64,000 nt of DNA, from contig CAWCKH010000002.1 of the NCBI GenBank assembly GCA_963796055.1, positions 128,001 to 192,000 of the forward strand. The letters run 5' to 3'. Every line of letters begins with the position of its first letter. Positions within the stretch are counted from its first letter, which is position 1. Below are positions 40,048 to 49,551 of the stretch, piece by piece. Position numbers and translations under genes: made by a program. The notes below the pieces were generated by a model that saw nothing but the letters and a program-made list of their open reading frames with translations, made no database searches and had not been told where the DNA came from. The stretch is from an uncultured delta proteobacterium (GTDB lineage: Bacteria > Myxococcota > Myxococcia > Myxococcales > Myxococcaceae).

Positions 40048-40275
40048 CCTCGGTACCCTCCTGGACGACTCGGGAAAAGGTCCTTCGCCATTCACATCAC
40101 TGCCTGCACAACTCTCGAGCACCATCTCTCCCCAGCAGGCGTCATCCTGTACACACTCGGCTGCGTCATGGCAGACGATCCAGGCACGCGACTCGAGCGA
40201 TTCCCTCTAGCAGTAGGATTTCCTGCCTGGCACGCGCGTGCTCTACGTTCCGCGCGTCGGAAACGAGGCGGCCAG

Positions 40276-40406
40276 ATGAAAGCGGCGCGAAGAATCGCGG
40301 CAGCGGTGCTGGTGGTCGGAAGCAGCGTGGCGGCAGCGGCAACGCGGCCGAGCTCGGCACGTACGTCGTCGAAAGAGGGAATTCACTCGTCGCGATCGTC
40401 AAGTGA
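40276..40406 (+). pseudogene. Remnant of a signal-peptide/LysM protein
   Basis: MKAARRIAAAVLVVG, then in a shifted frame GTYVVERGNSLVAIVK-stop, which resembles a LysM start. Confidence 0.45.
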
Positions 40407-40514
40407 GCGCCCAGTGAGGTGACCCTGGTCGTCGCCGCGGCCGTCTCTTCAGTGCTCGTCGCGTTGAGTTGGCCCTTGCCACGAGGCGGCCGACCCGGCA
40501 ACCCTGCATCCCGG

Positions 40515-41900
40515 ATGTCCTATCTCCGAGACGAGCCCGACTTCGACTTTCGTGTCCTCCTGCGGGGGCCTCGCCACAGCGAGCTGCTCGTGACGGGGCG
40601 GGAGGGCCGCTGGAAGCTGCCTCGCTTCGTCTCCGGCGAGCAGCACACGTCGGAGGTGGTGTTCGTCAACCGGACTGTCCGTCAGAGCCTGGGTCTCGAG
40701 GCGACCGTGCTCCGGTGCCTCTGGACCGACTTCGACGAGCCGCAAAACGTGGTGCGCATGCTCTATGTGCTGGAAGCGCACGGCGTGGGCTGGACACCGA
40801 GTGCCGTCGGCGGGGCCTGGTTGCCCGCCGATGTCTTGGTGCGCGACGGAGCCGAGGATCGCGACGTCGCCGCCGTCGTGGAAGCCTGGGCACGCGAATC
40901 GACGGACCGCCCGGTCATCCCGGACGGCCAGGAGTGGTTCGCTCCAGGCTGGTGGGACCGAATGCTAGGCTGGGCCCGCGAGCGGCTGCACCCCGTCCAC
41001 GTCGGCGCGGCCGAGCAGCTGCGGTCGTCGGAGTCTTCCTGCGTGGTGCGCCTGGAGACCGAGGAGGGAGCCGCCTTCGTGAAGGCAGTGGCGGCGAGCC
41101 TCGCGCGCGAGGTGGCGGTGACGGCCCGGCTGTCCCGCGTCCCCGCCAGCGCGGTCCCCCCGGTCCTCGCGGTGGATGTGCCGCAGCGCTGGATGCTCCT
41201 GCGCGGCGCGGCGGGGCGTCCCCTCGGCGACACCGGGGACCTCGCTGTCTGGGAGCGAGCGGCCGCTGCGTACGGACGCTTCCAGCTCGCTGCGGCCTCG
41301 AGCGTCGACGCGCTCGCCGGGGTGGGCTGCCCCACGTTGACCGCGGGGCAGCTGCAGGAGGACGTCCTCGAGGTCCTTGCCAGCGATGAAGCGATGCAGG
41401 CCGGGAGACCGGGCGGACTGGAGCCCGAGCAGGTGTCGCGTCTCAGGACGTTGAAGCCGCAGCTCCTGGCTGCAACCACCTCGCTCCACTCGAGCGCCCT
41501 GCCGGTCAGCGTCGATCACGAGGATCTCTGGCCCGAGAACGTGTTCTCCGCAGAGGACGGGTGCCAGGTCGTGGACTGGGAGGACGCCCGGATTGCCCAT
41601 CCCTTCCTGAGCCTCTTTCCGCTGCTCGCCGGTGCCCGCATGCAGAACACCTTTGCGGACCATGCCGCCGCGAGCGCCCGCATCCGGGACGCTTATCTGG
41701 AGGGCTTCGCGCGCTTCGCTCCCGCCGAAGCGCTGCGCCAGTTGTTCGGCGCGGCCCATGACCTGGCCGCGGTACGAATGGCCGCGACCTATCTGCGCGC
41801 GTCCCCGGCTATCCAGCGCGCCCATCCCTGGATGCGCGAGATGCCTGCGTTTTGCCTGCGGGCGCTGCTGGAGCGCCGGGACGGTGTGGAGGGCCCGTGA
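40515..41900 (+). CDS. APH/choline-kinase-family phosphotransferase with N-terminal extension
   Basis: FVKA, HEDLWPENV catalytic loop and VVDWEDA..HPF. Start uncertain. Confidence 0.82.
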   Translation: MSYLRDEPDFDFRVLLRGPRHSELLVTGREGRWKLPRFVSGEQHTSEVVFVNRTVRQSLGLEATVLRCLWTDFDEPQNVVRMLYVLEAHGVGWTPSAVGGAWLPADVLVRDGAEDRDVAAVVEAWARESTDRPVIPDGQEWFAPGWWDRMLGWARERLHPVHVGAAEQLRSSESSCVVRLETEEGAAFVKAVAASLAREVAVTARLSRVPASAVPPVLAVDVPQRWMLLRGAAGRPLGDTGDLAVWERAAAAYGRFQLAAASSVDALAGVGCPTLTAGQLQEDVLEVLASDEAMQAGRPGGLEPEQVSRLRTLKPQLLAATTSLHSSALPVSVDHEDLWPENVFSAEDGCQVVDWEDARIAHPFLSLFPLLAGARMQNTFADHAAASARIRDAYLEGFARFAPAEALRQLFGAAHDLAAVRMAATYLRASPAIQRAHPWMREMPAFCLRALLERRDGVEGP

Positions 41901-42475
41901 TCCAGGCGGGACCGGTGGAGCGCGAGGAGGAGCTGGAGCAGATCCTTTTCCTGCAGCGCGCGAATCTCCCTCGGCAGCTGAGCCCGGAGGAGATCGCGGC
42001 AGAGGGATTCGTCACCGTCGAGCACACGCTCGATCTCCTGAAGCGCATGCACGCAGTCGTTCCGAGCATCGTCGCTCGGGAGGGCGCCAGCCTCGCAGGG
42101 TACGCCCTGGTGATGCCCGTCGAGTGCCGCTCGCTCATCCCCATCCTCGAGCCGATGTTCCAGCGCCTCGATGTGCTGGGGATGACCGGGCAGCGATTCT
42201 ACGTGATGGGGCAGATCTGCGTGGACAAGCGCTGGCGCGGGAAGGGCGTCTTCGATCTTCTCTACCAGGCGCACCGCCGACATCTGCGGGCGAGATTCGA
42301 CTACTCGGTGACCGAGGTCGCGACGCGCAACACCCGCTCCATGCGCGCCCACGAGCGAGTCGGGTTCACCGTGATCGACCGATACCGCGACGCGACCGAC
42401 GAGTGGGCCTTGCTGCGTTGGGACTGGTCCGAGCGCTCGGTATTGGGTGCTCCTGACTGGCCGGAGTTTCGATGA
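41897..42475 (+). CDS. GNAT acetyltransferase
   Basis: EGFVTVEH, MGQICVDKRWRGKG and RNTRSMRAHERVGF; GTGA overlap. Confidence 0.9.
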   Translation: MIQAGPVEREEELEQILFLQRANLPRQLSPEEIAAEGFVTVEHTLDLLKRMHAVVPSIVAREGASLAGYALVMPVECRSLIPILEPMFQRLDVLGMTGQRFYVMGQICVDKRWRGKGVFDLLYQAHRRHLRARFDYSVTEVATRNTRSMRAHERVGFTVIDRYRDATDEWALLRWDWSERSVLGAPDWPEFR

Positions 42476-42477
42476 AG

Positions 42478-42906
42478 CTAGTCAGCGCGCTTGCTGCTGG
42501 CTCGCCGGGGCTTCGGCTTGCTCTTGCCCTCGAGATTGAGCGCCACTGCAGCGCGGATGAGATCCTTTAAGGCCGCCTCATCGATCTTATCGCCTTCGCG
42601 GATGTCGATGGCGCGCCTGACATTCGCGTCGAGGCTGGAGTTGAATAGACGGGAAGGGTCCTTCAGCGCAGCTCCCTTGGAAAAGGTCATCTTGACGACG
42701 TCCTTGTAGGTCTCTCCCGTGCAGACGAGGCCGCCGTGGGACCAGACGGGAGTCCCCATCCACTTCCACTCTTCGACGATCTCGGGTTCTGCCTCGTGGA
42801 CGAGCTCACGCACTTTCGCGAGCGTCTTCCCGCGCCAGTCCCCAAGGTCCTTGATCTTCTTGTCGATGAATGCAGACGCAGACTCCACCGGGACGGGCCT
42901 TTTCAT
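42478..42906 (-). CDS. DUF1801 (YdhG-like) protein
   Basis: DWRGKTL, EEWKWMGTPVW, ETYKDVVKMTF and FNSSL..N.RRAID. Confidence 0.92.
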   Translation of the reverse strand: MKRPVPVESASAFIDKKIKDLGDWRGKTLAKVRELVHEAEPEIVEEWKWMGTPVWSHGGLVCTGETYKDVVKMTFSKGAALKDPSRLFNSSLDANVRRAIDIREGDKIDEAALKDLIRAAVALNLEGKSKPKPRRASSKRAD

Positions 42907-42984
42907 GTGCAGCTCCAAGTCTCGCACCTATCTTGGCTGCTGCGCCCAGGGCAAGGCTCAAGCGGGCAGAGCAGCCTCGCGAAC

Positions 42985-43079
42985 CCGCGCTCGAGGAATG
43001 CCTCGCTCGTGAACGCCTCGGCGGGATGCGCGTAGGCGCGGCGCACATCCGCGTCGACGTGGAAAGCGCGCTCGTCCAT
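42985..43079 (-). pseudogene. N-terminal remnant of a Rieske oxygenase alpha-like protein
   Basis: MDERAFHVDADVRRAYAHPAEAFTSEAFLER resembles choline-monooxygenase-type N-termini; no CxH Rieske motif follows. Confidence 0.4.
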
Positions 43080-43195
43080 CACGCCGCGCCGCGCGACGGG
43101 GGAGCGAGCCATCCCGGGAGCGCGGCCGCCTGCCGCACCCACGACGTGAGAGACTCGAACAACGTGGTCATCCTTGGGCCTGGCGTGCTCGACGG

Positions 43196-43636
43196 TCAGA
43201 CGCTCGCCGGCGTGGCCTGCAGGCGGCGCCAGGAGAAGTACGAGAGCCCCCAGAGTACGCCGGCACCGGCCGCCCAGCCCCACGCCTCCGGGCCATCCCC
43301 GACCGAGAGGTGCGCGGTGAGCGCCGAGGCGAGGTCGATGGCGAAGCCGGCGTAAGCCCATTCCCTGAGCCGCGCAGGCACCGGCGCAAGCAGCAGCGCC
43401 ACGCCGAAGAGCTTGGCCCACGAGAGCTCCACCCGGAAGTAGGCGGGGAAGCCGAGGTGGGTGAACGCCTCCGCCACCTGCGGTAGGCGCAGTTCCGCGT
43501 ACGCGGTGAAGCTCATGTGCAGGCAGAAGACCGCGGTGACGATCCAATAAACGATGGTCTCGGCTTTGGGGGTGGTCCTGGCGGCGACAAGGGCCGGCTT
43601 CTGCAGGGTCGATTCCACGGGGTTTCTTCCTTTCAC
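43196..43636 (-). CDS. DoxX_2 family membrane protein
   Basis: YWIVT, HLGFPAYF..L..AK..G and REWAYAGF. Confidence 0.9.
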   Translation of the reverse strand: MKGRNPVESTLQKPALVAARTTPKAETIVYWIVTAVFCLHMSFTAYAELRLPQVAEAFTHLGFPAYFRVELSWAKLFGVALLLAPVPARLREWAYAGFAIDLASALTAHLSVGDGPEAWGWAAGAGVLWGLSYFSWRRLQATPASV

Positions 43637-43663
43637 GCTTCAACGCTTCGGGGCGTTGGGCGG

Positions 43664-44209
43664 TCAACCGGGGGTTTCAACACCGAACTGCCTTGCGTAC
43701 TCGGCGACCAATCGCTGCCAGCCGCCGAACTTCATCGCGTCGCCGCCGACGATGCGTCCAATCGAGTCGCCCGCGAGGAACCGCTCGAGGACGTCGAAGC
43801 AGATGTGCCAGCCCGCGGCGCCCCACGAGATGAAGCCGCAATCGATGTTGTGCCGGAGCGTGAGCCGAGTGCCGCCGACTCCCAGCGGCTCCAGTTCCCA
43901 CCGGATGTCCTGTCCCCCCCAGCTGTACTCGAGCAGCCGAGGCGCCTCGGCCCGCCTCACGGTGCTCTCGGAGACCTGCGGCGTCGGCATCCCGACCGTG
44001 GAGAGCTTCACCGGCCCCACGGAGGCCAGGTTCCGATCGGCGTCGAACGGGGCCCATTCGGACAGGTGCGCAGGATCGGTCAGCGCCTGCCACACCTTCG
44101 CCGCGGGATGACGGAGCTCTCGGACGAGGATGAGCGTCCACCTCTCGCCTTGCTTCTGGACCTCGGCTCCGGCAGCGGGGCCGGGCACGTACTTTTCACG
44201 GTTGTTCAT
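43664..44209 (-). CDS. SRPBCC/AHSA1 domain protein
   Basis: VWQALTDPAHLSEWAPF, PRLLEYSW, GTRLTL and AAGWHIC. ATGA overlap with ArsR. Confidence 0.92.
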   Translation of the reverse strand: MNNREKYVPGPAAGAEVQKQGERWTLILVRELRHPAAKVWQALTDPAHLSEWAPFDADRNLASVGPVKLSTVGMPTPQVSESTVRRAEAPRLLEYSWGGQDIRWELEPLGVGGTRLTLRHNIDCGFISWGAAGWHICFDVLERFLAGDSIGRIVGGDAMKFGGWQRLVAEYARQFGVETPG

Positions 44210-44538
44210 CGGTTCCTTCCTTTCCTAGGTGCCTGCTCCATGCGATCGAGATGACGTTCGAGCGCATCCACGTGGGCCGTCCAGAAGCGCCGGAAAGGAG
44301 CGAGCCAGGCGTCGACCTCCATGAGCGGCTCGGGCCGGATCCGATAGACGCGCCGCTGGGCCTCGACGCGCGACTCCACGAAGCCTGCCTCGCGCAGCAC
44401 GCGGAGGTGCTTGGACACCGAAGTTTGAGGCATCCGCAGCCGGCGCTCGATCTCGCCGACGGATCGTTCCGACGACACCAGCATGCTGAGAATGGCCCGG
44501 CGGTTCGGCTCCGCGATGATCGCGAACGATGATTCCAC
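44206..44538 (-). CDS. ArsR/SmtB transcriptional regulator
   Basis: FAIIAEPNRRAIL, QTSVSKHLRVLREAG and RRVYRI; GTG start. Confidence 0.93.
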   Translation of the reverse strand: MESSFAIIAEPNRRAILSMLVSSERSVGEIERRLRMPQTSVSKHLRVLREAGFVESRVEAQRRVYRIRPEPLMEVDAWLAPFRRFWTAHVDALERHLDRMEQAPRKGRNR

Positions 44539-44942
44539 GACGCCTATGTACTCACCCGCGCATATGCCTGTCGCGGCATATTCTGGGATAGTGGCGCCGG
44601 TGCGGAGCTTCGAGAGGAACGCACGCTTGCCTGCCGGTCCATCAAGACGGGCACGGGAGCATGAGACCAAGGCCCCCTCGATCCAGGTCTGGCGAAACGC
44701 GAGGTCGGATCCGTGCCCTACGCCATCGTTCTGCCGCTGGGGGCCAGCGGCCTCCGCCTGGCCGCGACCTCAACGAGCACCAGGCTCTCCGGGACCGCTA
44801 CCGCTGGCTGGTCAAGCAGCTCGGGTTGAAGTCCGGTCTGACGCCGTGAAGGAGGCGCGGCCTCGTCCGGCCAGGACCGCCTGAAGCAGCGTGGGCGCGA
44901 GCGGGGGTTTGCGCTGATCCTGGAGCCCCAGGGGTTGAGTTC

Positions 44943-45257
44943 CTAGCGTACCTGCACCTGGCCGTCCGTCATCGGGACGAGCTGCAGCGGCGGCGCGGCC
45001 GTGCAAGGCGTCGCGTTGCCGATGAAGGAGAAACTGATGGCGTCGGGCGGGTCGTTCGCCGAGTCGCCGTTGTCCTGCACACGTGTGATCACCGGCAGGC
45101 CGGAGAGATCTACGCCGTTGAAGGTGCCCTGCTTGATGATGCCGCTGATCCAGGCCTGGTTGCCGGCGACGAACACGCAGTTCACCTCGACGTGGATGCC
45201 GCCGTCACCCTGGCCAAACTGATCGGTCCACTGGCCGGAGGCGTGGCCGTCGGTGAC
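44943..45257 (-). pseudogene. 3' remnant of an unknown extracellular beta-rich protein
   Basis: GHASGQW...HVEVNCVFVAGNQAWISG...VQDNG...GQVQVR. No start or signal peptide; its 5' end merges with the MBL remnant. Confidence 0.55.
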
Positions 45258-45578
45258 GTCATCTACAACCGTGTGCACCTCTACCTGTCCGAGTCGGACT
45301 CGGCCGGGCGTCGGGAATGGCTGCAAGCCATCGAGAAGGTGGCAGCGATGAGGCCGACTGCGGTCGTCGCTGGCCACAAGCGTCCCGGAATGACGGACGA
45401 CCCGCGGATCATCGGGGAGACCGCGCAATACATCCGCGATTTCGACCGGCTGGCCGAGAAGGCGACCGATGCCCGTCAGCTCTGGGACCGCATGAGGGAG
45501 CTCCACCCGAACCGGATGAATCCAGCCGCGCTCTGGAACTCCTGCATGGAGTTCCGGCGGCGGCCACAGCGAGCATGA
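45243..45578 (+). pseudogene. 3' remnant of an MBL-fold hydrolase
   Basis: GDVIYNRVHLYL, WLQAIEK..P..VVAGHK and ETAQYIRDF. The HxHxDH half is missing. Confidence 0.8.
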
Positions 45579-45629
45579 CCTCGCCCGGCCAAGCTCGCCC
45601 CGGGCTCCGAACTCCCCGCCTGCGCCTTC

Positions 45630-45842
45630 ACGCTCGCCAGCTGCCACCTCGAGGGGAACACGTTGAGCTTCCGAGACCTGGCCGCGACCCTGAAGGCCTG
45701 TCGAAAGGGAATGGAGCAAGAGACCCGTTTCCTCGAGACCTTGGACAAGGTGCAGGCATACCGCATCGACAGCAGCCGTCTGGAGTTGCTTGACGCTGTC
45801 GGGGCAGTGCTCGCTCGCTTCGAGGCGGTGGACCTGCGCTGA
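45630..45842 (+). pseudogene. 3' remnant of a META (HslJ) domain protein
   Basis: LEGNTLSFRDLAATLKACRKGMEQETRFLETL...LELLD...LARF. Confidence 0.75.
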
Positions 45843-46024
45843 GATGCGGGTGGCGCGGTAAAGCTTGCTGGCTCGGTCGGATGCTCCGGGGGGGAGCATC
45901 GAACAGCCCAGCGCGCTGGCTGCCAGGAGAGCGAGAGCGCATTTGATTGCTACGAATGAGGTGCACCTGGTTCGGAGCAACGAAGGAAGTGCTATCGCGC
46001 CTCGGATTGGACAGGAGGTTACGT

Positions 46025-46543
46025 ATGGGATTGTCAGACGCGTTGGGGCAGCTGTTGCAAAAGGTATCCGGAGGGTCGACATCCGAAACTGAGGTCCACT
46101 CCGCCTACGACCAGGTCGCCGGTACCGTCCCAGCGGGGACGCTCGCCGCTGGCCTCGCGCACGTCTTCAACTCGGACCAAACGCCGCCGTTCGAGCAGAT
46201 GCTGGGCGGGCTGTTCGAGCAGTCCGCGCCGGACCAGAAAGCGGGGCTACTCAACCAGATGATTGGTGCACTCGGACCCGGTGCGGCTCAGACGCTGGGC
46301 GGGACCGGCGCTCTGGCCGGCCTGGCCGGATTGCTCAAAGGCGGTGCGGCGGTGACCCCGCAGCAGGCGCAGGACGTCTCGCCCGAGCAGCTGCAGGTCC
46401 TGGCGAAGCAGGCCAGCCAGAAGAATCCCTCGATCGTGGACGCCGCGGCCGGTTTCTACGCACAGCACCCGCAGCTGGTGAAGGCCGTCGGAGCGGGGGC
46501 GTTGGCGCTACTCATGTCTCACATCTCGTCCAGCCGGAAGTGA
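46025..46543 (+). CDS. Hypothetical protein (YidB/DUF937-like)
   Basis: MGLSDALGQLL, FNSDQTPPFEQM and FYAQHPQLVK. AGGAGG RBS. Confidence 0.75.
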   Translation: MGLSDALGQLLQKVSGGSTSETEVHSAYDQVAGTVPAGTLAAGLAHVFNSDQTPPFEQMLGGLFEQSAPDQKAGLLNQMIGALGPGAAQTLGGTGALAGLAGLLKGGAAVTPQQAQDVSPEQLQVLAKQASQKNPSIVDAAAGFYAQHPQLVKAVGAGALALLMSHISSSRK

Positions 46544-46546
46544 CGC

Positions 46547-46804
46547 ATGGGCTTCATCGCCTGGATCGTCGTGGGGTTGATCGCCGGGTGGGCCACCGGA
46601 AAGATCATGGGCGGCCCAGCTCACGGCGCGCTGATGGACATCATCATCGGGCTCCTCGGGGCGCTGGCTGGCGGCTTCATCATGAGCCTGGTCGGTTTCC
46701 GGGCCGAGGGCGGCATCATCTACACGACGCTGGTGGCCATCGCCGGAGCCGTCGTCCTGACATGGCTTTACCGGAAGGTCGCCCGCTCACGCGCCCCGGG
46801 CTGA
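46547..46804 (+). CDS. GlsB/YeaQ/YmgE stress membrane protein
   Basis: WIVVGLIAGWA..IM...DIIIGLLGA..GG...AIAGAVVL. Confidence 0.93.
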   Translation: MGFIAWIVVGLIAGWATGKIMGGPAHGALMDIIIGLLGALAGGFIMSLVGFRAEGGIIYTTLVAIAGAVVLTWLYRKVARSRAPG

Positions 46805-46819
46805 CTCCGAGCCCGGAGC

Positions 46820-46868
46820 AAAAAAACGGGGCGCCGTGGGGAGGGGAGTGTGAACCCACGGCGCCCCG
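46820..46868 (-). terminator. Rho-independent terminator
   Basis: 14-bp inverted repeat CGGGGCGCCGTGGG/CCCACGGCGCCCCG followed by T7 on the minus strand, between convergent genes. Confidence 0.75.
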
Positions 46869-46905
46869 CTGGCCTGCAGGATTGCAGGCCATCGTTAGCC
46901 AGACC

Positions 46906-47703
46906 TCAGCGGTCGCCGAGAACGTCGATCTCCGTGGTGTTGGGCCCCGTGATGGTGCCCCTCGTCGTGACGATGCGCCGGGTGATCGTGTGGTGGCCGG
47001 GAGCGAGCGGCTTGAAGAGGATGAAGTACGAGTCGATGGCGGCGGGCTGGAACATCCCGGTGATGCAGGAGTCGACGGTGCTTTGCAGGCTCAGGTCTCC
47101 CTTGAAGAACATCAGGTCGTGCGATGCGAAGTGGTACGGGAGAATGTCGTTCAACGGCTGGCCATCGAGCGTGACATCGATCTCCGCGATGTCTCCGTTC
47201 CCGGCAACGGCACCGGCCAGGAGGAAGTCGAACAGGCTCTGGCCCGGCGCAGGTTGGAAGGTCGGGTCAGGGCACGGATAGTCGTTCAGGACGCTCGACA
47301 GGGTGACCCCCACCGCCTTGCCATGCTCGACGGTGCAGGAGCGGCTGAGGTTCGTGCTCCCGACGGGAAGGGGAGGAACGAAGAACACCGGCCCACCCTG
47401 ACCGACGCTGCAATCCGAGGTCGGCGAGAGAAAGGGATTCTGGGCAGCGGGGATCGCCAGCACATATCGCCAGAAGTTCTCTGCCCACGTCTCCATGCTG
47501 GAGCCGAAGGGATGAGACTGCGCTGGGAACAGGGCCGGGTTCGGATTGCCCCCACGAGTCTCGGGCTCCGCGGCCTCCGAGCTGGTGCGCGACGTCTCTG
47601 CCTCGACTCGGTGACCAGCCAGCAGGAGCAACCCGAGGACTCCGACGAACGCCGCTCCGAGCGGAGTCCTGACCAACTTCCACATCACGTTCAGCTTCGC
47701 CAT
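46906..47703 (-). CDS. Secreted Cys-containing hypothetical protein
   Basis: Signal peptide; WAENFWRYVLAIP..NP...C..GQ.GPVFF and KPLAPGHHTI. GGAGG RBS. Confidence 0.8.
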   Translation of the reverse strand: MAKLNVMWKLVRTPLGAAFVGVLGLLLLAGHRVEAETSRTSSEAAEPETRGGNPNPALFPAQSHPFGSSMETWAENFWRYVLAIPAAQNPFLSPTSDCSVGQGGPVFFVPPLPVGSTNLSRSCTVEHGKAVGVTLSSVLNDYPCPDPTFQPAPGQSLFDFLLAGAVAGNGDIAEIDVTLDGQPLNDILPYHFASHDLMFFKGDLSLQSTVDSCITGMFQPAAIDSYFILFKPLAPGHHTITRRIVTTRGTITGPNTTEIDVLGDR

Positions 47704-47925
47704 TGTGCCACCTCCGGTGACACCGTACGGCCACGGCGACTGGCAGAAGTGACAAAGGAGGTCTAATTCCTGCCAATCATCCGGAGGGTCAGGAAACGGG
47801 GGAACCGACGGCGGGACGGACCGTCGCGCAGCGATCGAGGCCCTCCGGACGACGCTCCGACTCCTCGAGATTAAGCAGCCCCGGCCAGGAGCACGCCTTC
47901 TTCACCTTGGTGAGCATCGATTCCT

Positions 47926-49551
47926 TCAAATGCCCTGGACCTCCACGATGCGCCAGGGGCCGTTCGCGATGCGCTGAAGGACGCGGCGACGGTGAACGGT
48001 GAAGTGGTTGAAGGAGCGGTACTCGTCGTCGAAGCGGCCGAAGATGTCGAGGTAGGCGACGACCTGGTCCACCGAAGGCACGCCCACCTTCGCGTCTGCG
48101 TCGAACAGTCGCCGCACGGCGCTCACCCGATCGACGCGCACGTCATACACGTCTTTCATGATCACCCGACGCGCCGCCTCCCAAGCAGAATTCCACTCTC
48201 CCGTGCTTGGAATGCGCAGCGGCAAGAAGCTCGGGCGACCCCCGTCGTAGAGACCGGCTTCCCACGTCGCAAAGACGTCCCGAAACGCCTTCTCGTCGGC
48301 CCGCTTGATGGCCGCCACCATGAAGTCGAGGACTTCCGTAGGCGATGCGTCGTCCTTCAGGGCGCTCGCACCGATGGCGGTCATCTCCGATTCGGCGGCG
48401 AAAACCGGCTCGGCTTTCCGCAGGTCGACGAAGAATTCTCCATCCTCGCCGGCGCGCCCCGCAACCAGCTTCACCTGGTGCGCGGTCAGCGGCCGGTCGC
48501 GGAAAGTGATCATGGCGGGCATGGGCAGAATCTCCGCCATGAACTGGTAGCGCTCGCGGGTGCCCGGCTGCACGAGCGTCCCGAACCGGAACAGCGTCCG
48601 ATAGAAGGCGAGATACTCCGGCGACTCAGAGAGCCGCACGACATACGCGCCGTCGGACCCTCCGTCTGCGACCGCCCAGGTTTGACCCAGGTCGTTGACC
48701 ATGGTCGAAGGCGTGATCGATGGCAGCTCGACCCACCGGCCCGAAACCTCTGCCCGGGCGTGGATGTCCGGCGCCGGGAAAGTTGGGACCAGTTTCTCGG
48801 CACCTTCCTTCTTGAGCGCTTCCCACGCCTCCGCCGAGGCCTGCTTCGCTCTCTCCAGGCGTTTGGCGCCGAGCTCGCGGTAACTGAGGTCGACCGTGTC
48901 GAGCTTCTTCCCTCGCAAGGACTCGACCGTGCGCTGCCAATCGCCGTAGGTGCGCTCCGCGAAGTCCCCCGGATACTTCTTTCGAAGCATCTCGATGCGT
49001 TCGCCCTGACTCAGCATCTCCACGAGCTCGCTTCGCGTGTTGAGCGTGGCTCGCTCCCAGGAGCCGTCCAGGATCTGCGTCATCTTCCAGACGAGCTTCT
49101 CGTACCAGATGCTCCATGTGCCCGAGAAGCCGTCGCTCTCCAGCGTCGCCGGTCCACCCGGCGCCAGCGCGGATTTTCCTTCGGCGTCCTGATAGACCAG
49201 CTCGGGGACGAGCTTGGCCTCGATCTCGACCTCGCCGTCAGGGCGCCAGATCTTGAATCGCAACGCATCGCCGGCCTTGGCCCCACGCTTCTCCCACTCG
49301 TAGGACTCGCCCGGCTGGCCAGGAAGGCCCTGGAACTTGTTCGGCGCCATCCGTGGCTCCAGCGCCTCACCGTTCACGTGAGTGATGCGGTCGCCAATGC
49401 GAAGCCCCGTCGCCCTGAACGGTGACGACCACGCGATCCAGTTGACCGAGAGCCCCCTGGGCGCTTCTCCCCGCTCGAGCTCGGCGGTGGTGGAGAGGCC
49501 CGAGATGACCGAGCCCGTGTCGTGCGAGAGCGGCAACGCTGCGGGGCTCAT
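47926..49551 (-). CDS. PDZ-domain-containing hypothetical protein
   Basis: SPFRATGLRIGDRITHVNGE (PDZ signature); no signal peptide; ATGA overlap with the upstream gene. Confidence 0.75.
   Translation of the reverse strand: MSPAALPLSHDTGSVISGLSTTAELERGEAPRGLSVNWIAWSSPFRATGLRIGDRITHVNGEALEPRMAPNKFQGLPGQPGESYEWEKRGAKAGDALRFKIWRPDGEVEIEAKLVPELVYQDAEGKSALAPGGPATLESDGFSGTWSIWYEKLVWKMTQILDGSWERATLNTRSELVEMLSQGERIEMLRKKYPGDFAERTYGDWQRTVESLRGKKLDTVDLSYRELGAKRLERAKQASAEAWEALKKEGAEKLVPTFPAPDIHARAEVSGRWVELPSITPSTMVNDLGQTWAVADGGSDGAYVVRLSESPEYLAFYRTLFRFGTLVQPGTRERYQFMAEILPMPAMITFRDRPLTAHQVKLVAGRAGEDGEFFVDLRKAEPVFAAESEMTAIGASALKDDASPTEVLDFMVAAIKRADEKAFRDVFATWEAGLYDGGRPSFLPLRIPSTGEWNSAWEAARRVIMKDVYDVRVDRVSAVRRLFDADAKVGVPSVDQVVAYLDIFGRFDDEYRSFNHFTVHRRRVLQRIANGPWRIVEVQGI

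Noticed and set aside
40228..40242. Sigma-54-like TGGCACGCGCGTGCT upstream of the LysM remnant
   Set aside because: GG-to-GC spacing is 9 rather than the required 10, so it is not called.
44661..44849. Short ORF ending NEHQALRDRYRWLVKQLGL
   Set aside because: It may be another 3' remnant, but I cannot assign a family or a start.
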